From positions 1 to 64,000 of IMG/VR virus record IMGVR_UViG_3300030041_000009: a stretch of DNA of 64,000 nt; one strand, 5' to 3'. This document shows positions 10,538 through 20,062 of the stretch, in pieces. Positions within the stretch are counted from its first letter, which is position 1; every line of letters begins with the position of its first letter. The position numbers and the translations under genes are program-made. The notes beneath the pieces are model-generated. The model searched no databases. It saw nothing but the letters and a program-made list of their open reading frames with translations, and was not told the origin of the DNA.

Positions 10538-11452
10538 ATGAAATATGTAAAAACATTTGAATTATATCGTGACTATGATATAGATTCTGTTGGTAATCTT
10601 GCTGTTGGTAATCTTGGTGGCTATCCTAATAATAAAAAACAATTATTAGCTTATATAGAAGCTGGCGGCGATATTGATGTTATAGATAAAAATGGAAACA
10701 CTCCTTTAATTAGATCTGTTACAAATAGCAAGAGTGAACTGACAAATATTTTAATTAAAAGTGGAGCAGATTTAAATATTCAAAATAATAATGGAGAAAC
10801 AGCATTAATGAAAGCAACAAAAAATAGAGATGTCATGAGATACATTAGTTTATTGATAGATGCTGGTGCAGATTGGAATATAGAAAAATATGACAAATTT
10901 TTATCATCTGTAGAAAATCCTATCTCTTATAGAGACAAATTATTAGCTAATATTGATTTTTTTGAGATGTTAACACCAAAATATCAAGAATTAACAAAAG
11001 AAAAATATCCAGAAAAATATAACTATTATTTAAGTAAAAAAGAAAGTTCAAATTCAAATTCAAATTCAAATTCACAGAATAATAAAGGAGATACAGCATT
11101 AATTTATGCAGTGAAAGATAGAAACATTAAACGTGTAGAATCTTTAATAAAATCTGGTGCAAATTTGAATATACAGAATAATAAAGGTGAAACAGCATTA
11201 ATTATTGCTGCTCGTTATCTAAATATGAATATAATTTATAAATTGATAGAAGCTGGATCAGATTGGAATATAACTAAATATAAAGATAATACTATTCTTT
11301 CATTTAATTCTATTAATGGTGGTAAACCTTATACGCCGAGAGGTAAATTTTATGAAGAAAAAGATTTTTTTGAAATATTATCACCAAAATATCAAGAAAT
11401 ATTAAAAGAGAAATATCCAGAAAAATATGCTAAATATTTGGCAAAAAAATAA
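10538..11452 (+). CDS. Ankyrin-repeat protein, internally duplicated, CTS-like leader
   Basis: GNTPLI/GETALM/GDTALI/GETALI repeats; duplicated DFFExLxPKYQExxKEKYPEKY; (AATTCA)n linker. Confidence 0.85.
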   Translation: MKYVKTFELYRDYDIDSVGNLAVGNLGGYPNNKKQLLAYIEAGGDIDVIDKNGNTPLIRSVTNSKSELTNILIKSGADLNIQNNNGETALMKATKNRDVMRYISLLIDAGADWNIEKYDKFLSSVENPISYRDKLLANIDFFEMLTPKYQELTKEKYPEKYNYYLSKKESSNSNSNSNSQNNKGDTALIYAVKDRNIKRVESLIKSGANLNIQNNKGETALIIAARYLNMNIIYKLIEAGSDWNITKYKDNTILSFNSINGGKPYTPRGKFYEEKDFFEILSPKYQEILKEKYPEKYAKYLAKK

Positions 11453-11530
11453 TATTCAAATTGAAAAATAAAAAAAGCCAGAACTAATCTGACTTTTTTA
11501 TTTAAAAAGATTAATATCATTTAATATCAT

Positions 11531-12094
11531 TCAATTTAAAATATTAAATAATATATATTCATTTGACATTATCAACTTAAATGAATAATTTCCATAATCT
11601 AAATTTTCAAGTTCAATTAAATATGAACTATCGCCGTATTTTGTAGCTTTATATTCAATTGTGTTTGGATTTTTTGATTCACCTCCACCAAAAACACTAC
11701 CAGTTGCTATTACAATAGATAGATATTTTTCACCTTCTGGTTCTAATTTTATAATCTTTATAATAGTAGTAGGATCAATTGTATTATTAAAACATTTAAT
11801 GATAAATTTATTGTTTTTATTTTTGAATGTGTATGAACCATTATCATGTGATAAAAATCTCAATCTTATTGTAGCTTTACCAGCAAATAACCCAACATAT
11901 GGTATATAAGATGCAGCATTTGCATTATTTTTATATGTTGGTATTTGTTTTTTTAATAATATACCGTCGCCAATTGTGTCATTGACATATACAACATTAT
12001 TTAAAAATTCAGGTTCTTTTATTTTTATTGTTTGTGTGAAAGAATTAATGCTAAAAATAATTAACATTATTAAAAATAATATATTTTTTTTCAT
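11531..12094 (-). CDS. Secreted/periplasmic protein with signal peptide
   Basis: MKKNILFLIMLIIFSINSFTQ Sec signal with +1 Gln, typical of Bacteroidota. Confidence 0.65.
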   Translation of the reverse strand: MKKNILFLIMLIIFSINSFTQTIKIKEPEFLNNVVYVNDTIGDGILLKKQIPTYKNNANAASYIPYVGLFAGKATIRLRFLSHDNGSYTFKNKNNKFIIKCFNNTIDPTTIIKIIKLEPEGEKYLSIVIATGSVFGGGESKNPNTIEYKATKYGDSSYLIELENLDYGNYSFKLIMSNEYILFNILN

Positions 12095-12273
12095 ATTTGT
12101 TAGACGATAACCTATACATCGTGAGGTTTTGGATTTTAAGATTTTTGAAAAACAAATATACAAAAAAAGTTTGGATTAACCAAACTTTTTTAAATATTTT
12201 TAATAAATTACTATACTAAAAATTATAAATATTACAATCCATATACTATTATCTTCTCAATATTTTTAAAATT

Positions 12274-13116
12274 TTATTTTTTAAAATTATTAAAATCAGA
12301 TATATATTTATTATAATCAATAACTTTTGATTTATTATATGTATTTGAAACATAAGTCTCAAAAATTTCCCAGTCTTTTTCTATTTCATTCAAAATTCTT
12401 TCAGAATTTTTTAAAAAAACATCTGATTTTAATTTAAATATTTTAAACCAGAAATTTAGCCAAGTTTCAATACTATTTGAAGTTATTGTTTTAACATCGT
12501 TTTTAATAAGTATATCATTAAAATCATCAACTTCTTTTTGTTTTAATTGTGAAACAAGAATACTCATTTTTATATTTTTTATATTATCATATAATTTATA
12601 TGTTTCCCAATCTTTTAATCTTAATATAGCATCATCTTTTGAACATCTACCTTCACTTTTAATATAAATATAAGTTTGAGCAACATTAGCATTAACTTCA
12701 TTGTCCAATGTTTTATAAAAAATATCAGTAATAAATTCCATTGCATTAGACATAGAATAATTTTTAAATTTTAATAAAGATGTTTTTATTTTATTATATT
12801 TTGGATAGTCCTTATCTCCAATACCTAAAATTTCTATAACATGAGTTAGCTCATGCGATATATTTTCCTTAACTCTATTTTCATTACCATTTGTTGGTAT
12901 TCCAATATTAACTATAATATTATTAGGTTTAATAATTTTAATGTTTGAGTAATAACTATTTATATTGTTAAAAATTATTGTAATATCTCTATATCCAATA
13001 TCATCACGTCCAAATTTTAATATGTGAGATGAATATGAATTATTAATAAATAATTTCCATATATTGTTTACTTCGTTCTTTATTATATCTGATATACCTT
13101 TACCCTCATTTAACAT
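12274..13116 (-). CDS. HExxH metallopeptidase, paralogue 2
   Basis: LNEGKGIS leader; SHELTH...YKTLDNEVNAN. Confidence 0.7.
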   Translation of the reverse strand: MLNEGKGISDIIKNEVNNIWKLFINNSYSSHILKFGRDDIGYRDITIIFNNINSYYSNIKIIKPNNIIVNIGIPTNGNENRVKENISHELTHVIEILGIGDKDYPKYNKIKTSLLKFKNYSMSNAMEFITDIFYKTLDNEVNANVAQTYIYIKSEGRCSKDDAILRLKDWETYKLYDNIKNIKMSILVSQLKQKEVDDFNDILIKNDVKTITSNSIETWLNFWFKIFKLKSDVFLKNSERILNEIEKDWEIFETYVSNTYNKSKVIDYNKYISDFNNFKK

Positions 13117-13236
13117 ATACTTATTCTATTTTTATTATATATTAAAGAATATATGTTATATTATTAAAAAATCAGAATAATTACTATTGATTTTTAATTT
13201 TACTAATTATTCTCAATACTAATATCTTCACAATAT

Positions 13237-13500
13237 TTATATCATTTCATATGTTTTTTGATACATATGTTCAATTTTATTAAGTTCTAATATATCATAA
13301 ATATCATCAGTTTCCATAGATATAAATGAAGTATCATCTTCATTTAATAATGATAATAATTTTTCAAATTTTATTTTGAAAAAATCACGAGTTTTTTCAT
13401 TAACATCTAAGACATCCCAATAAAAATCCCAAGTATCATTAGTTTTAACTAATGCAGAACAACAAAATTCAAATTCTTTTTTTAATTCTTTTTTATTCAT
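13237..13500 (-). CDS. Hypothetical protein (possible immunity partner of 13497-13958)
   Basis: Acidic 87 aa ORF overlapping the upstream stop. Confidence 0.5.
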   Translation of the reverse strand: MNKKELKKEFEFCCSALVKTNDTWDFYWDVLDVNEKTRDFFKIKFEKLLSLLNEDDTSFISMETDDIYDILELNKIEHMYQKTYEMI

Positions 13501-13958
13501 ATTTTTGTTTTTAATTCTATTATATTTTTTACATCAATAGTTTTTTGACCTGGTAATATTGTTATTATATTAATATTCAAATTATTAGAAATATTAACAA
13601 TTATAGTAAAATTATATTCTGAAAACCATAATGAGTATTTTCCATTATTCTTAATATAATCATAATTATTAATAAATAATTCATCTAATCCTTTACTAAT
13701 TAATGTATTTAATTCTGTTATATTTTTTAACGAAGTTCTTTCTTTAAATCTTTTTATTAAATCATGCTTAATTGTGTGATTCCAATTTATATTCAACCTA
13801 ATCTTTTTATTATCTATTCTTTTAGAGATAGTTTTATTTTTTATAAAATTATCTGTATTAATAATTTCTTGATCACTAAAAGTGACTCCAGTACCTTTAA
13901 TTATAGATATATCTGATAATCTTGCTTCATTAAATAATTTAAAATTTAATATCCTCAA
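13497..13958 (-). CDS. CTS-like leader plus possible BECR/RelE-like RNase fold
   Basis: MRILNFKLFNE; HDLIKRFKER...IITIL pattern. Confidence 0.35.
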   Translation of the reverse strand: MRILNFKLFNEARLSDISIIKGTGVTFSDQEIINTDNFIKNKTISKRIDNKKIRLNINWNHTIKHDLIKRFKERTSLKNITELNTLISKGLDELFINNYDYIKNNGKYSLWFSEYNFTIIVNISNNLNINIITILPGQKTIDVKNIIELKTKI

Positions 13959-13979
13959 AGTACGATTTTTAAGTATATA

Positions 13980-14138
13980 TTATTTTTTTATTTTACTAAT
14001 TATTATTTTCTCAATATATTCAGAATAATTCTCAATCCCATTATCCTCACAATATTTTTGCCAAAGTTCATACACTTCAGGATCAATAGATACTGATAAC
14101 TTTTTTCTTTTCTTATCTTCTGGCACAGTCTTTCTCAT
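13980..14138 (-). CDS. Ribbon-helix-helix (CopG-like) protein, not in the ORF track
   Basis: MRKTVPEDKKRKKLSVSIDPEVYELWQKYCEDNGIENYSEYIEKII. Confidence 0.7.
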   Translation of the reverse strand: MRKTVPEDKKRKKLSVSIDPEVYELWQKYCEDNGIENYSEYIEKIIISKIKK

Positions 14139-14269
14139 GACATATATAATAAAATTATTTTAAAATGTTTTATTTTTATTAAACTTTTTCTTAATAATTA
14201 ACTACAATTATTATAAAATTGTCAAAAAATGATTTTTGTATATTAATATATACAATAAAAATAATAATT

Positions 14270-14452
14270 ATGAGAAGAAAAATAGAAAAAAAGAAAATGA
14301 CATTTTCAATATCATTTGATCCAGATATATTAAATACTGTAAATAATACAATAGCAAATAGATCAAAATATATACAAAATATTATGATAGATGAAATGTG
14401 CAAAAATTATGAAATAAAAGAAGAACTAAAAAATAAACATATTATATTATGA
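14270..14452 (+). CDS. Ribbon-helix-helix protein
   Basis: KKMTFSISFDPDIL...NRSKYIQNIM. Confidence 0.7.
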   Translation: MRRKIEKKKMTFSISFDPDILNTVNNTIANRSKYIQNIMIDEMCKNYEIKEELKNKHIIL

Positions 14453-15747
14453 AGTGGACTAAGGAAATGTTGCAGGAAGAAGCAAACAAATATACAAATA
14501 GAATGGAATTTAGAGAAAATAGCAAAGCGGCTTACAGATATTCATATAGAAATCATATAATGAATGAATTATTCGAAAAACATATAAATAAAGGATATAT
14601 TATAACATGGACTAAAAAAAAATTAAAATATACCAACAAGCAGTTACAAGAAGAGGCTAATAAGTATTTTACTCGTGGAGAATTTATTAAAAATAATAAA
14701 CCTGCGTATCAATATTCATGTAGCAAAAATATGATAGATGATTTGTTTAAAAATCATAAAAATAATGGATATTATATAAAATGGACTGATGAAAAATTAC
14801 AAGAAGAGTCTAATAAATATTGTACTAGATGTGAATTTCAACAAAAATCGAATGGTGCATATTTATCTGCAGTTAGAAGAAATCTGATGGATGATTTATT
14901 TAAAAATCATAATAATAATGGATATTCAGATAAATACTCTAAAAATTATATTTATTTTGTTTATGTTTATGAATTGATAGATTATAATAAAGCTTATATT
15001 GGATTGACTATTAATATTGATAGAAGAGACAAAGAGCACGTATTTGATCAAAATGAAAAATTAAATAAATTTTGTAAAGAATCTAATATTTCATATCCAA
15101 AATATAAAATATTAGATTCTAATTTAAATTCAATAGATGCTAAAGAAGCTGAAATATTTTGGATTGATTATTATAAACAAAATAATTGGAAATTATTTAA
15201 TATTGCGAAAGGAGGTTCTTTAGGTGGCAAACCTTTTAAATGGACCGAAAATAAATTAATAAAATACGTTAAAAAATATAAAACTAGAGGAGATTTTTGT
15301 AATGATAACGAATCTGCATATAATTCTGCAAATAGATTAAAAATAATGGACAAATTATTCGAAAATCATATAAATAGTGGTTATACTAATAGACAAGTTA
15401 AAGAAGGATATTGGACGAAAGAAAAAATACAAGAAGAAGCTAACAAATATAATACTATAATGCAATTTAGAAAAGAATGTAGTAAAGCATATCATGCGGC
15501 AAGTAATTTAAAAATAATTGATGAATTATTTAAAAATCATATTAATCAAGGCAGGACAGCAAAGCATAAATATTATTGGACAACAGAAAGATTACAAGAA
15601 GAAGCTAACAAATATAAAACAAGAAATGATTTTAGAAAAAATGATATAAACTCTTATAGTTATTCTAAAACTAAAAAAATATTAAATGAATTATTTAAAA
15701 ATCATATAAATCAAGGATATATTCAAAAACAAAAAAAGTCAGAATAA
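14449..15747 (+). CDS. GIY-YIG homing endonuclease flanked by six helical repeats
   Basis: VYVY...YIGLT...RRDKEH...E...N; WTxEKLQEEANKY repeats on both sides. Confidence 0.8.
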   Translation: MKWTKEMLQEEANKYTNRMEFRENSKAAYRYSYRNHIMNELFEKHINKGYIITWTKKKLKYTNKQLQEEANKYFTRGEFIKNNKPAYQYSCSKNMIDDLFKNHKNNGYYIKWTDEKLQEESNKYCTRCEFQQKSNGAYLSAVRRNLMDDLFKNHNNNGYSDKYSKNYIYFVYVYELIDYNKAYIGLTINIDRRDKEHVFDQNEKLNKFCKESNISYPKYKILDSNLNSIDAKEAEIFWIDYYKQNNWKLFNIAKGGSLGGKPFKWTENKLIKYVKKYKTRGDFCNDNESAYNSANRLKIMDKLFENHINSGYTNRQVKEGYWTKEKIQEEANKYNTIMQFRKECSKAYHAASNLKIIDELFKNHINQGRTAKHKYYWTTERLQEEANKYKTRNDFRKNDINSYSYSKTKKILNELFKNHINQGYIQKQKKSE

Positions 15748-15783
15748 TTATTCTGACTTTTTGTTTTTGAATTATTTTAAAAA

Positions 15784-17655
15784 TTAGTGAACTTCTTCGA
15801 AATCCACGTCATTTATGTTTTCAGATTCATCTTTATTAGTTGATGTACTTTCATTAGTTGATTGATTATTATTCTCTTCGTAAAGCTTAGAACTTATATT
15901 TTGCCAAGTATCATTCAATTCTTTACTATATTTATCAATATCATCCAGATTTTGAGTTTTGTGAGCTTCTTTAAGATTATCAAGCTTAGAATTCAATTCA
16001 GTTTTATTTGATTCATTCAATTTATCGCCATATTCTTCAATTTGTTTTTCAGTTTGAAAAATCATAGCATCTGCTTGATTAAGTTTATCAATCTTTTCTT
16101 TTTCTTTTTTATCTGATTCCGCATTTTGCTCAGCTTCCATCTTCATTTTTTCAATTTCTTCTTTTGTTAAAGATGATTTACCTTCTATTCTAATATCATT
16201 AGATTTACCAGTTGCTTTATCAACTGCTTTAACTGTCAAAATTGAATTGCTATCTAAACTGAATGTAATTTCAATCTGTGGTGTGCCTCTACGAGCAGGT
16301 GGAACATCAAGTGAAAATGTGCCTAAATGTTTATTGTTTTTGTATAGAGGTCTATCTCCAGTACAAACATTTACCTGTACGCTTGGTTGTGAATCTGATG
16401 CTGTACTAAATACTTGACTCTTAGATGTCGGGATCGTAGTATTTGCGGGAATCATGATAGTAGCAATTTCACCCATTGTCTCAATAGAAAAGTTCAACGC
16501 TGTTACATCAAGTAATAATATATCTGTATTATCTCCATTTAATACAGAACCTTGAATAGCGGCTCCAGATGCAATTGCAGTATCAGCATTTAGAGATTTA
16601 TTTGCTTTTTTACCAAAGTATTTTTCAATACTTTCTACCAAATAAGGTATCCTGGTGCTACCCCCCACTAAAATTATATCATCAAATTGTGAAATTTGTT
16701 TGTTACTTTTCTTAAGTGATGACATAATTAATTTCATTGTTTTATCAACATAAAATTGAATTAATTGCTCAAATTTAGCACGAGTAATAATTTTATTTAA
16801 ATGTCGTGGTTGTCCATCTACCGCCGTGATGTACGGTAAGTTGATTTCAGTTTGTGTTACACTAGATAATTCTATTTTTGCTTTTTCTGCGGATTCAGTA
16901 ATACGTTGTAGTGCCATTGAATCTTTACGAATATCTACACCAGTTTCTTTTAAAAATTCTTCAGAAACATAATCAACAATTGCATCATCAATCAAATTTC
17001 CGCCTAAATCTAAATTACCGTCTGTTGATAGTACTTCATATAAACCATCTGATACCGTAATTGCTGAGCTATCCGTTGTACAACCACCAGCATCTATGAC
17101 CATATATAGTTTATCTGTCTTATCTTTAATATTTAATGCTGCTGCTGTTGGCTCTGAAATAATTCTATCTACTTGAAACCCAGCTATTTCACCTGCTACC
17201 TTAGTGCAACTTCTTTCATCCGAATTGAAATAAGCTGGAGTCGTTATAATTACCGAGTCTATTTTACAAGATAGATAATCTTCTGCTGTTTTTTTCATTT
17301 TTTGAAGAATCATTGCTGAAATTTCTTCTGGCGAATATACTCTATCACCAATTTTTACTGCTGCCTTACCATTATTATCAACTATATCATAAGGACGTTT
17401 TAGATGTTTAACTTCATCATATGTTCTACCAATAAGTCGTTTAATATTAAAAATGGTATTTTTAGGATTTAATGCTGCTTGGCGTTTAGCAGACTCTCCA
17501 ACTTTAATTTCTCCTGTTTTTTGATCAAATGCTACGATAGAAGGAGTTGTTAAATTTCCTTCTGCGTTTGGTATAACAACTGCTACACCTCCCTCAATGA
17601 TGCTTACTACCGAATTGTATGATCCAAGATCTACTCCAATAATTTTTTTACTCAT
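15784..17655 (-). CDS. dnaK: Hsp70 chaperone DnaK (divergent)
   Basis: GVDLGSYNS, TPSIVAF, TTPAYFN, EPTAAA, LVGGSTRIP, PQIEITF, C-terminal DVDFEEV. Confidence 0.95.
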   Translation of the reverse strand: MSKKIIGVDLGSYNSVVSIIEGGVAVVIPNAEGNLTTPSIVAFDQKTGEIKVGESAKRQAALNPKNTIFNIKRLIGRTYDEVKHLKRPYDIVDNNGKAAVKIGDRVYSPEEISAMILQKMKKTAEDYLSCKIDSVIITTPAYFNSDERSCTKVAGEIAGFQVDRIISEPTAAALNIKDKTDKLYMVIDAGGCTTDSSAITVSDGLYEVLSTDGNLDLGGNLIDDAIVDYVSEEFLKETGVDIRKDSMALQRITESAEKAKIELSSVTQTEINLPYITAVDGQPRHLNKIITRAKFEQLIQFYVDKTMKLIMSSLKKSNKQISQFDDIILVGGSTRIPYLVESIEKYFGKKANKSLNADTAIASGAAIQGSVLNGDNTDILLLDVTALNFSIETMGEIATIMIPANTTIPTSKSQVFSTASDSQPSVQVNVCTGDRPLYKNNKHLGTFSLDVPPARRGTPQIEITFSLDSNSILTVKAVDKATGKSNDIRIEGKSSLTKEEIEKMKMEAEQNAESDKKEKEKIDKLNQADAMIFQTEKQIEEYGDKLNESNKTELNSKLDNLKEAHKTQNLDDIDKYSKELNDTWQNISSKLYEENNNQSTNESTSTNKDESENINDVDFEEVH

Positions 17656-17658
17656 AAT

Positions 17659-18230
17659 TTACTTTAATTTTTTTTTTGAATTATTAATTTTTTTTAATTT
17701 TAATTTTCTATATTCTTTTAGTGATATGAATCTTTTAACATCTAATGAAAATGAACTATTACCAAATTCTTCAAATGATAAATTTATATATATGTAATCT
17801 AAATTACCAAAAGTTTTATAATAATCTGTTGTAAAATAATCATTATCTGATGAATACCACACTCTTCTGACTGTTAATATATCATATTTTTTAATATTAA
17901 TATTATCTTTTTCAAATAATTTATTATTTTTTAAAAGTTTCAAATAATCATCAAATGAAAATATATTATAATCTACAATTACTACTTTATCTCCTGATTT
18001 AAACACAACTTTTCAAGTTTTAATTTTCTATATTCTTTTAGTGATATGAATCTGTCTGCTCTGAAATTTCCTCCTATATTAATTAATTTTATATATTGAT
18101 TAAGCATATAATAATGACCATAACTTTCTATTTTATACGTAGAATATTTTTTCAAATTCTTATATGGTTCAAATGTTTTAGTATCATTACTATCATCAAT
18201 ACAAACTATTATATTTCCTTCTTTAAACAT
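17659..18230 (-). CDS. Two small FKxGD (KOW/SH3-like) proteins with an identical RFISLKEYRKLKL tail
   Basis: ORFs 17659-18006 and 17982-18230 share about 35 bp of identical DNA at the tail. Confidence 0.7.
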
Positions 18231-18327
18231 AATTAATATATTAATTACTTTTTATTATTATTCAAATGTTATGCCAAACCAAAAATAATGTCAATTTGTC
18301 ATATAATATGACACAATGACATCATAA

Positions 18328-18510
18328 TTAATAATACCAGCAATTTAAGCATTCATCAATACTATCATCAATATGAATCAATGATTGTATATCTTGTTTT
18401 CCTTCTGGAAAATATACATTATTAGAAATTTTTTCTCTTAAATCATCAATATGTTTTAAAATATCTTCTCTAATTGTATGCTCATAAATTTTTATTTCTT
18501 CGTTTTCCAT
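18328..18510 (-). CDS. Hypothetical protein
   Basis: Start MENEE, downstream of TATCTTTG. Confidence 0.5.
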   Translation of the reverse strand: MENEEIKIYEHTIREDILKHIDDLREKISNNVYFPEGKQDIQSLIHIDDSIDECLNCWYY

Positions 18511-18570
18511 ATTTTTATAATTTTGATGCAAAGATAATACATTTTTAGATATTTACCAAATTTTATAATG

Positions 18571-18607
18571 AAAAAAGGATGAAAAATAATTATTTTTCAT
18601 CCTTTTT
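18571..18607. terminator. Intrinsic terminator after rtcB
   Basis: AAAAAGGATGAAAAATAATTATTTTTCATCCTTTTT. Confidence 0.75.
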
Positions 18608-18611
18608 GTTA

Positions 18612-20006
18612 TTAAAACTTTTTCATTTTTTGATAAGAAATAGCATTTCTTTCATTGCTACGTTGTTTATCTTTCTTTTTTTGTTCTTTTCTATCTTTCC
18701 ATGAAGTACCTTCAGATTTATCTTTGATGTTTAAGATTGGTTTAATTTTATCAAGAATTAATGCAGTAGGTTCAATAGCTTTTTCAATCATTTCTGAGTT
18801 TTTGTAAGCAAATGGAGATTCATCAATTGTACTTTTACATACAGATGTTGAATAAACATTTTTCATTACTCTCTGAAAATCTTTTAAATCAATTGACTCT
18901 TTTGCTTTTGATCTTGACATCAATCTACCACTACCATGCGGAGCTGAATTATTCCAGTCTTCATTCGATTTCCCTTCACATATAAGTATTCCATCTCTCA
19001 TATTGAATGGTATAATCATTTTTTCTCCAAGATAAGATGATATTGCTCCTTTTCTTATGATAAAGTCTTTAAAGTCGACATAGTTATGTATTGAATTTAT
19101 TTCTTCATCAAATTTTTTGATATTTAATGCTTTTTTTATCAAAGATAACATAGTTTTTCTATTCCATAGAGCATATTGTTGTGCAAAAATCATATCAAAT
19201 AGATATCCAATAAGATTTTCACCGTCTAAATATTCTTTATTAATATTAAGACTATATCTTGTTCTTAAATCTTTTATTTTTTTATCAATATCAGATTTTG
19301 GATAAGTGTTCATAACAATATCATCTAATTCCATATTATATTCTTTGGTAGCAACAAATACTTTACCTCTTGCTACATTAGTCCAATATTCAGCAATTTT
19401 CAAACCAAAATTTCTTGAGCCAGAGTGAACTGTTATCCAATAATCATTAGTTTTATCTGATTTGCCAAGTTCAATAAAGTGATTGCCTCCTCCTAATGTA
19501 CCAATTGATTGAAAAAATTTACCTTCATCCATATTAATATCTTTCAATTTAGCTGTTAACCATTTTTCATTATATGTTGGTGACTCATAAGAAGTTCCAA
19601 ATTTCTCATTAAATTTTGCAGCAAATTTATCAGCAATTACTTGTACATCATCAAAAGGAATATTTTTGAATACTATATCTTCATGCATATCAAATCCCAT
19701 AGGAACATTTTCACGTATCAGATTATCAATTTTCTCTAAATCTAATGAAGTTTTACCTGAAAATCTTGCAGACAACATGCCACATCCGATATCTGTTCCG
19801 ATCGTACTTGGTTTGATGTATTTTCCTAATTCCATGGAAAATCCAATGCAGATATCCGATCCAACATGTGCATCTGGCATTATTCTAATTTTCAATCCAT
19901 TAGATGTTTCTGAGTTTATAACATTGTATATTTGAGTAAATACTCCTTCTTCAACTTCATCTATAAATATTTTAGCATCTGTATATTTACCTTTTAATTC
20001 TATCAT
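18612..20006 (-). CDS. rtcB: RtcB RNA 3'-phosphate/5'-OH ligase
   Basis: MPDAHVG, DIGCGM, GTLGGGNHFIE, VHSGSR, HNY, RKGA, PHGSGR, DESPFAYK. Confidence 0.95.
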   Translation of the reverse strand: MIELKGKYTDAKIFIDEVEEGVFTQIYNVINSETSNGLKIRIMPDAHVGSDICIGFSMELGKYIKPSTIGTDIGCGMLSARFSGKTSLDLEKIDNLIRENVPMGFDMHEDIVFKNIPFDDVQVIADKFAAKFNEKFGTSYESPTYNEKWLTAKLKDINMDEGKFFQSIGTLGGGNHFIELGKSDKTNDYWITVHSGSRNFGLKIAEYWTNVARGKVFVATKEYNMELDDIVMNTYPKSDIDKKIKDLRTRYSLNINKEYLDGENLIGYLFDMIFAQQYALWNRKTMLSLIKKALNIKKFDEEINSIHNYVDFKDFIIRKGAISSYLGEKMIIPFNMRDGILICEGKSNEDWNNSAPHGSGRLMSRSKAKESIDLKDFQRVMKNVYSTSVCKSTIDESPFAYKNSEMIEKAIEPTALILDKIKPILNIKDKSEGTSWKDRKEQKKKDKQRSNERNAISYQKMKKF

Positions 20007-20062
20007 AATTTTACTTTTTTATTTATATTTAATTTGCAAATGTACAACAATTATTTTAATTA

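Noticed and set aside
4218-15761. Identical palindromes as ends of an 11.5 kb mobile element
   Set aside because: Many similar A-tract hairpins occur at gene ends, so shared terminators are a simpler explanation.
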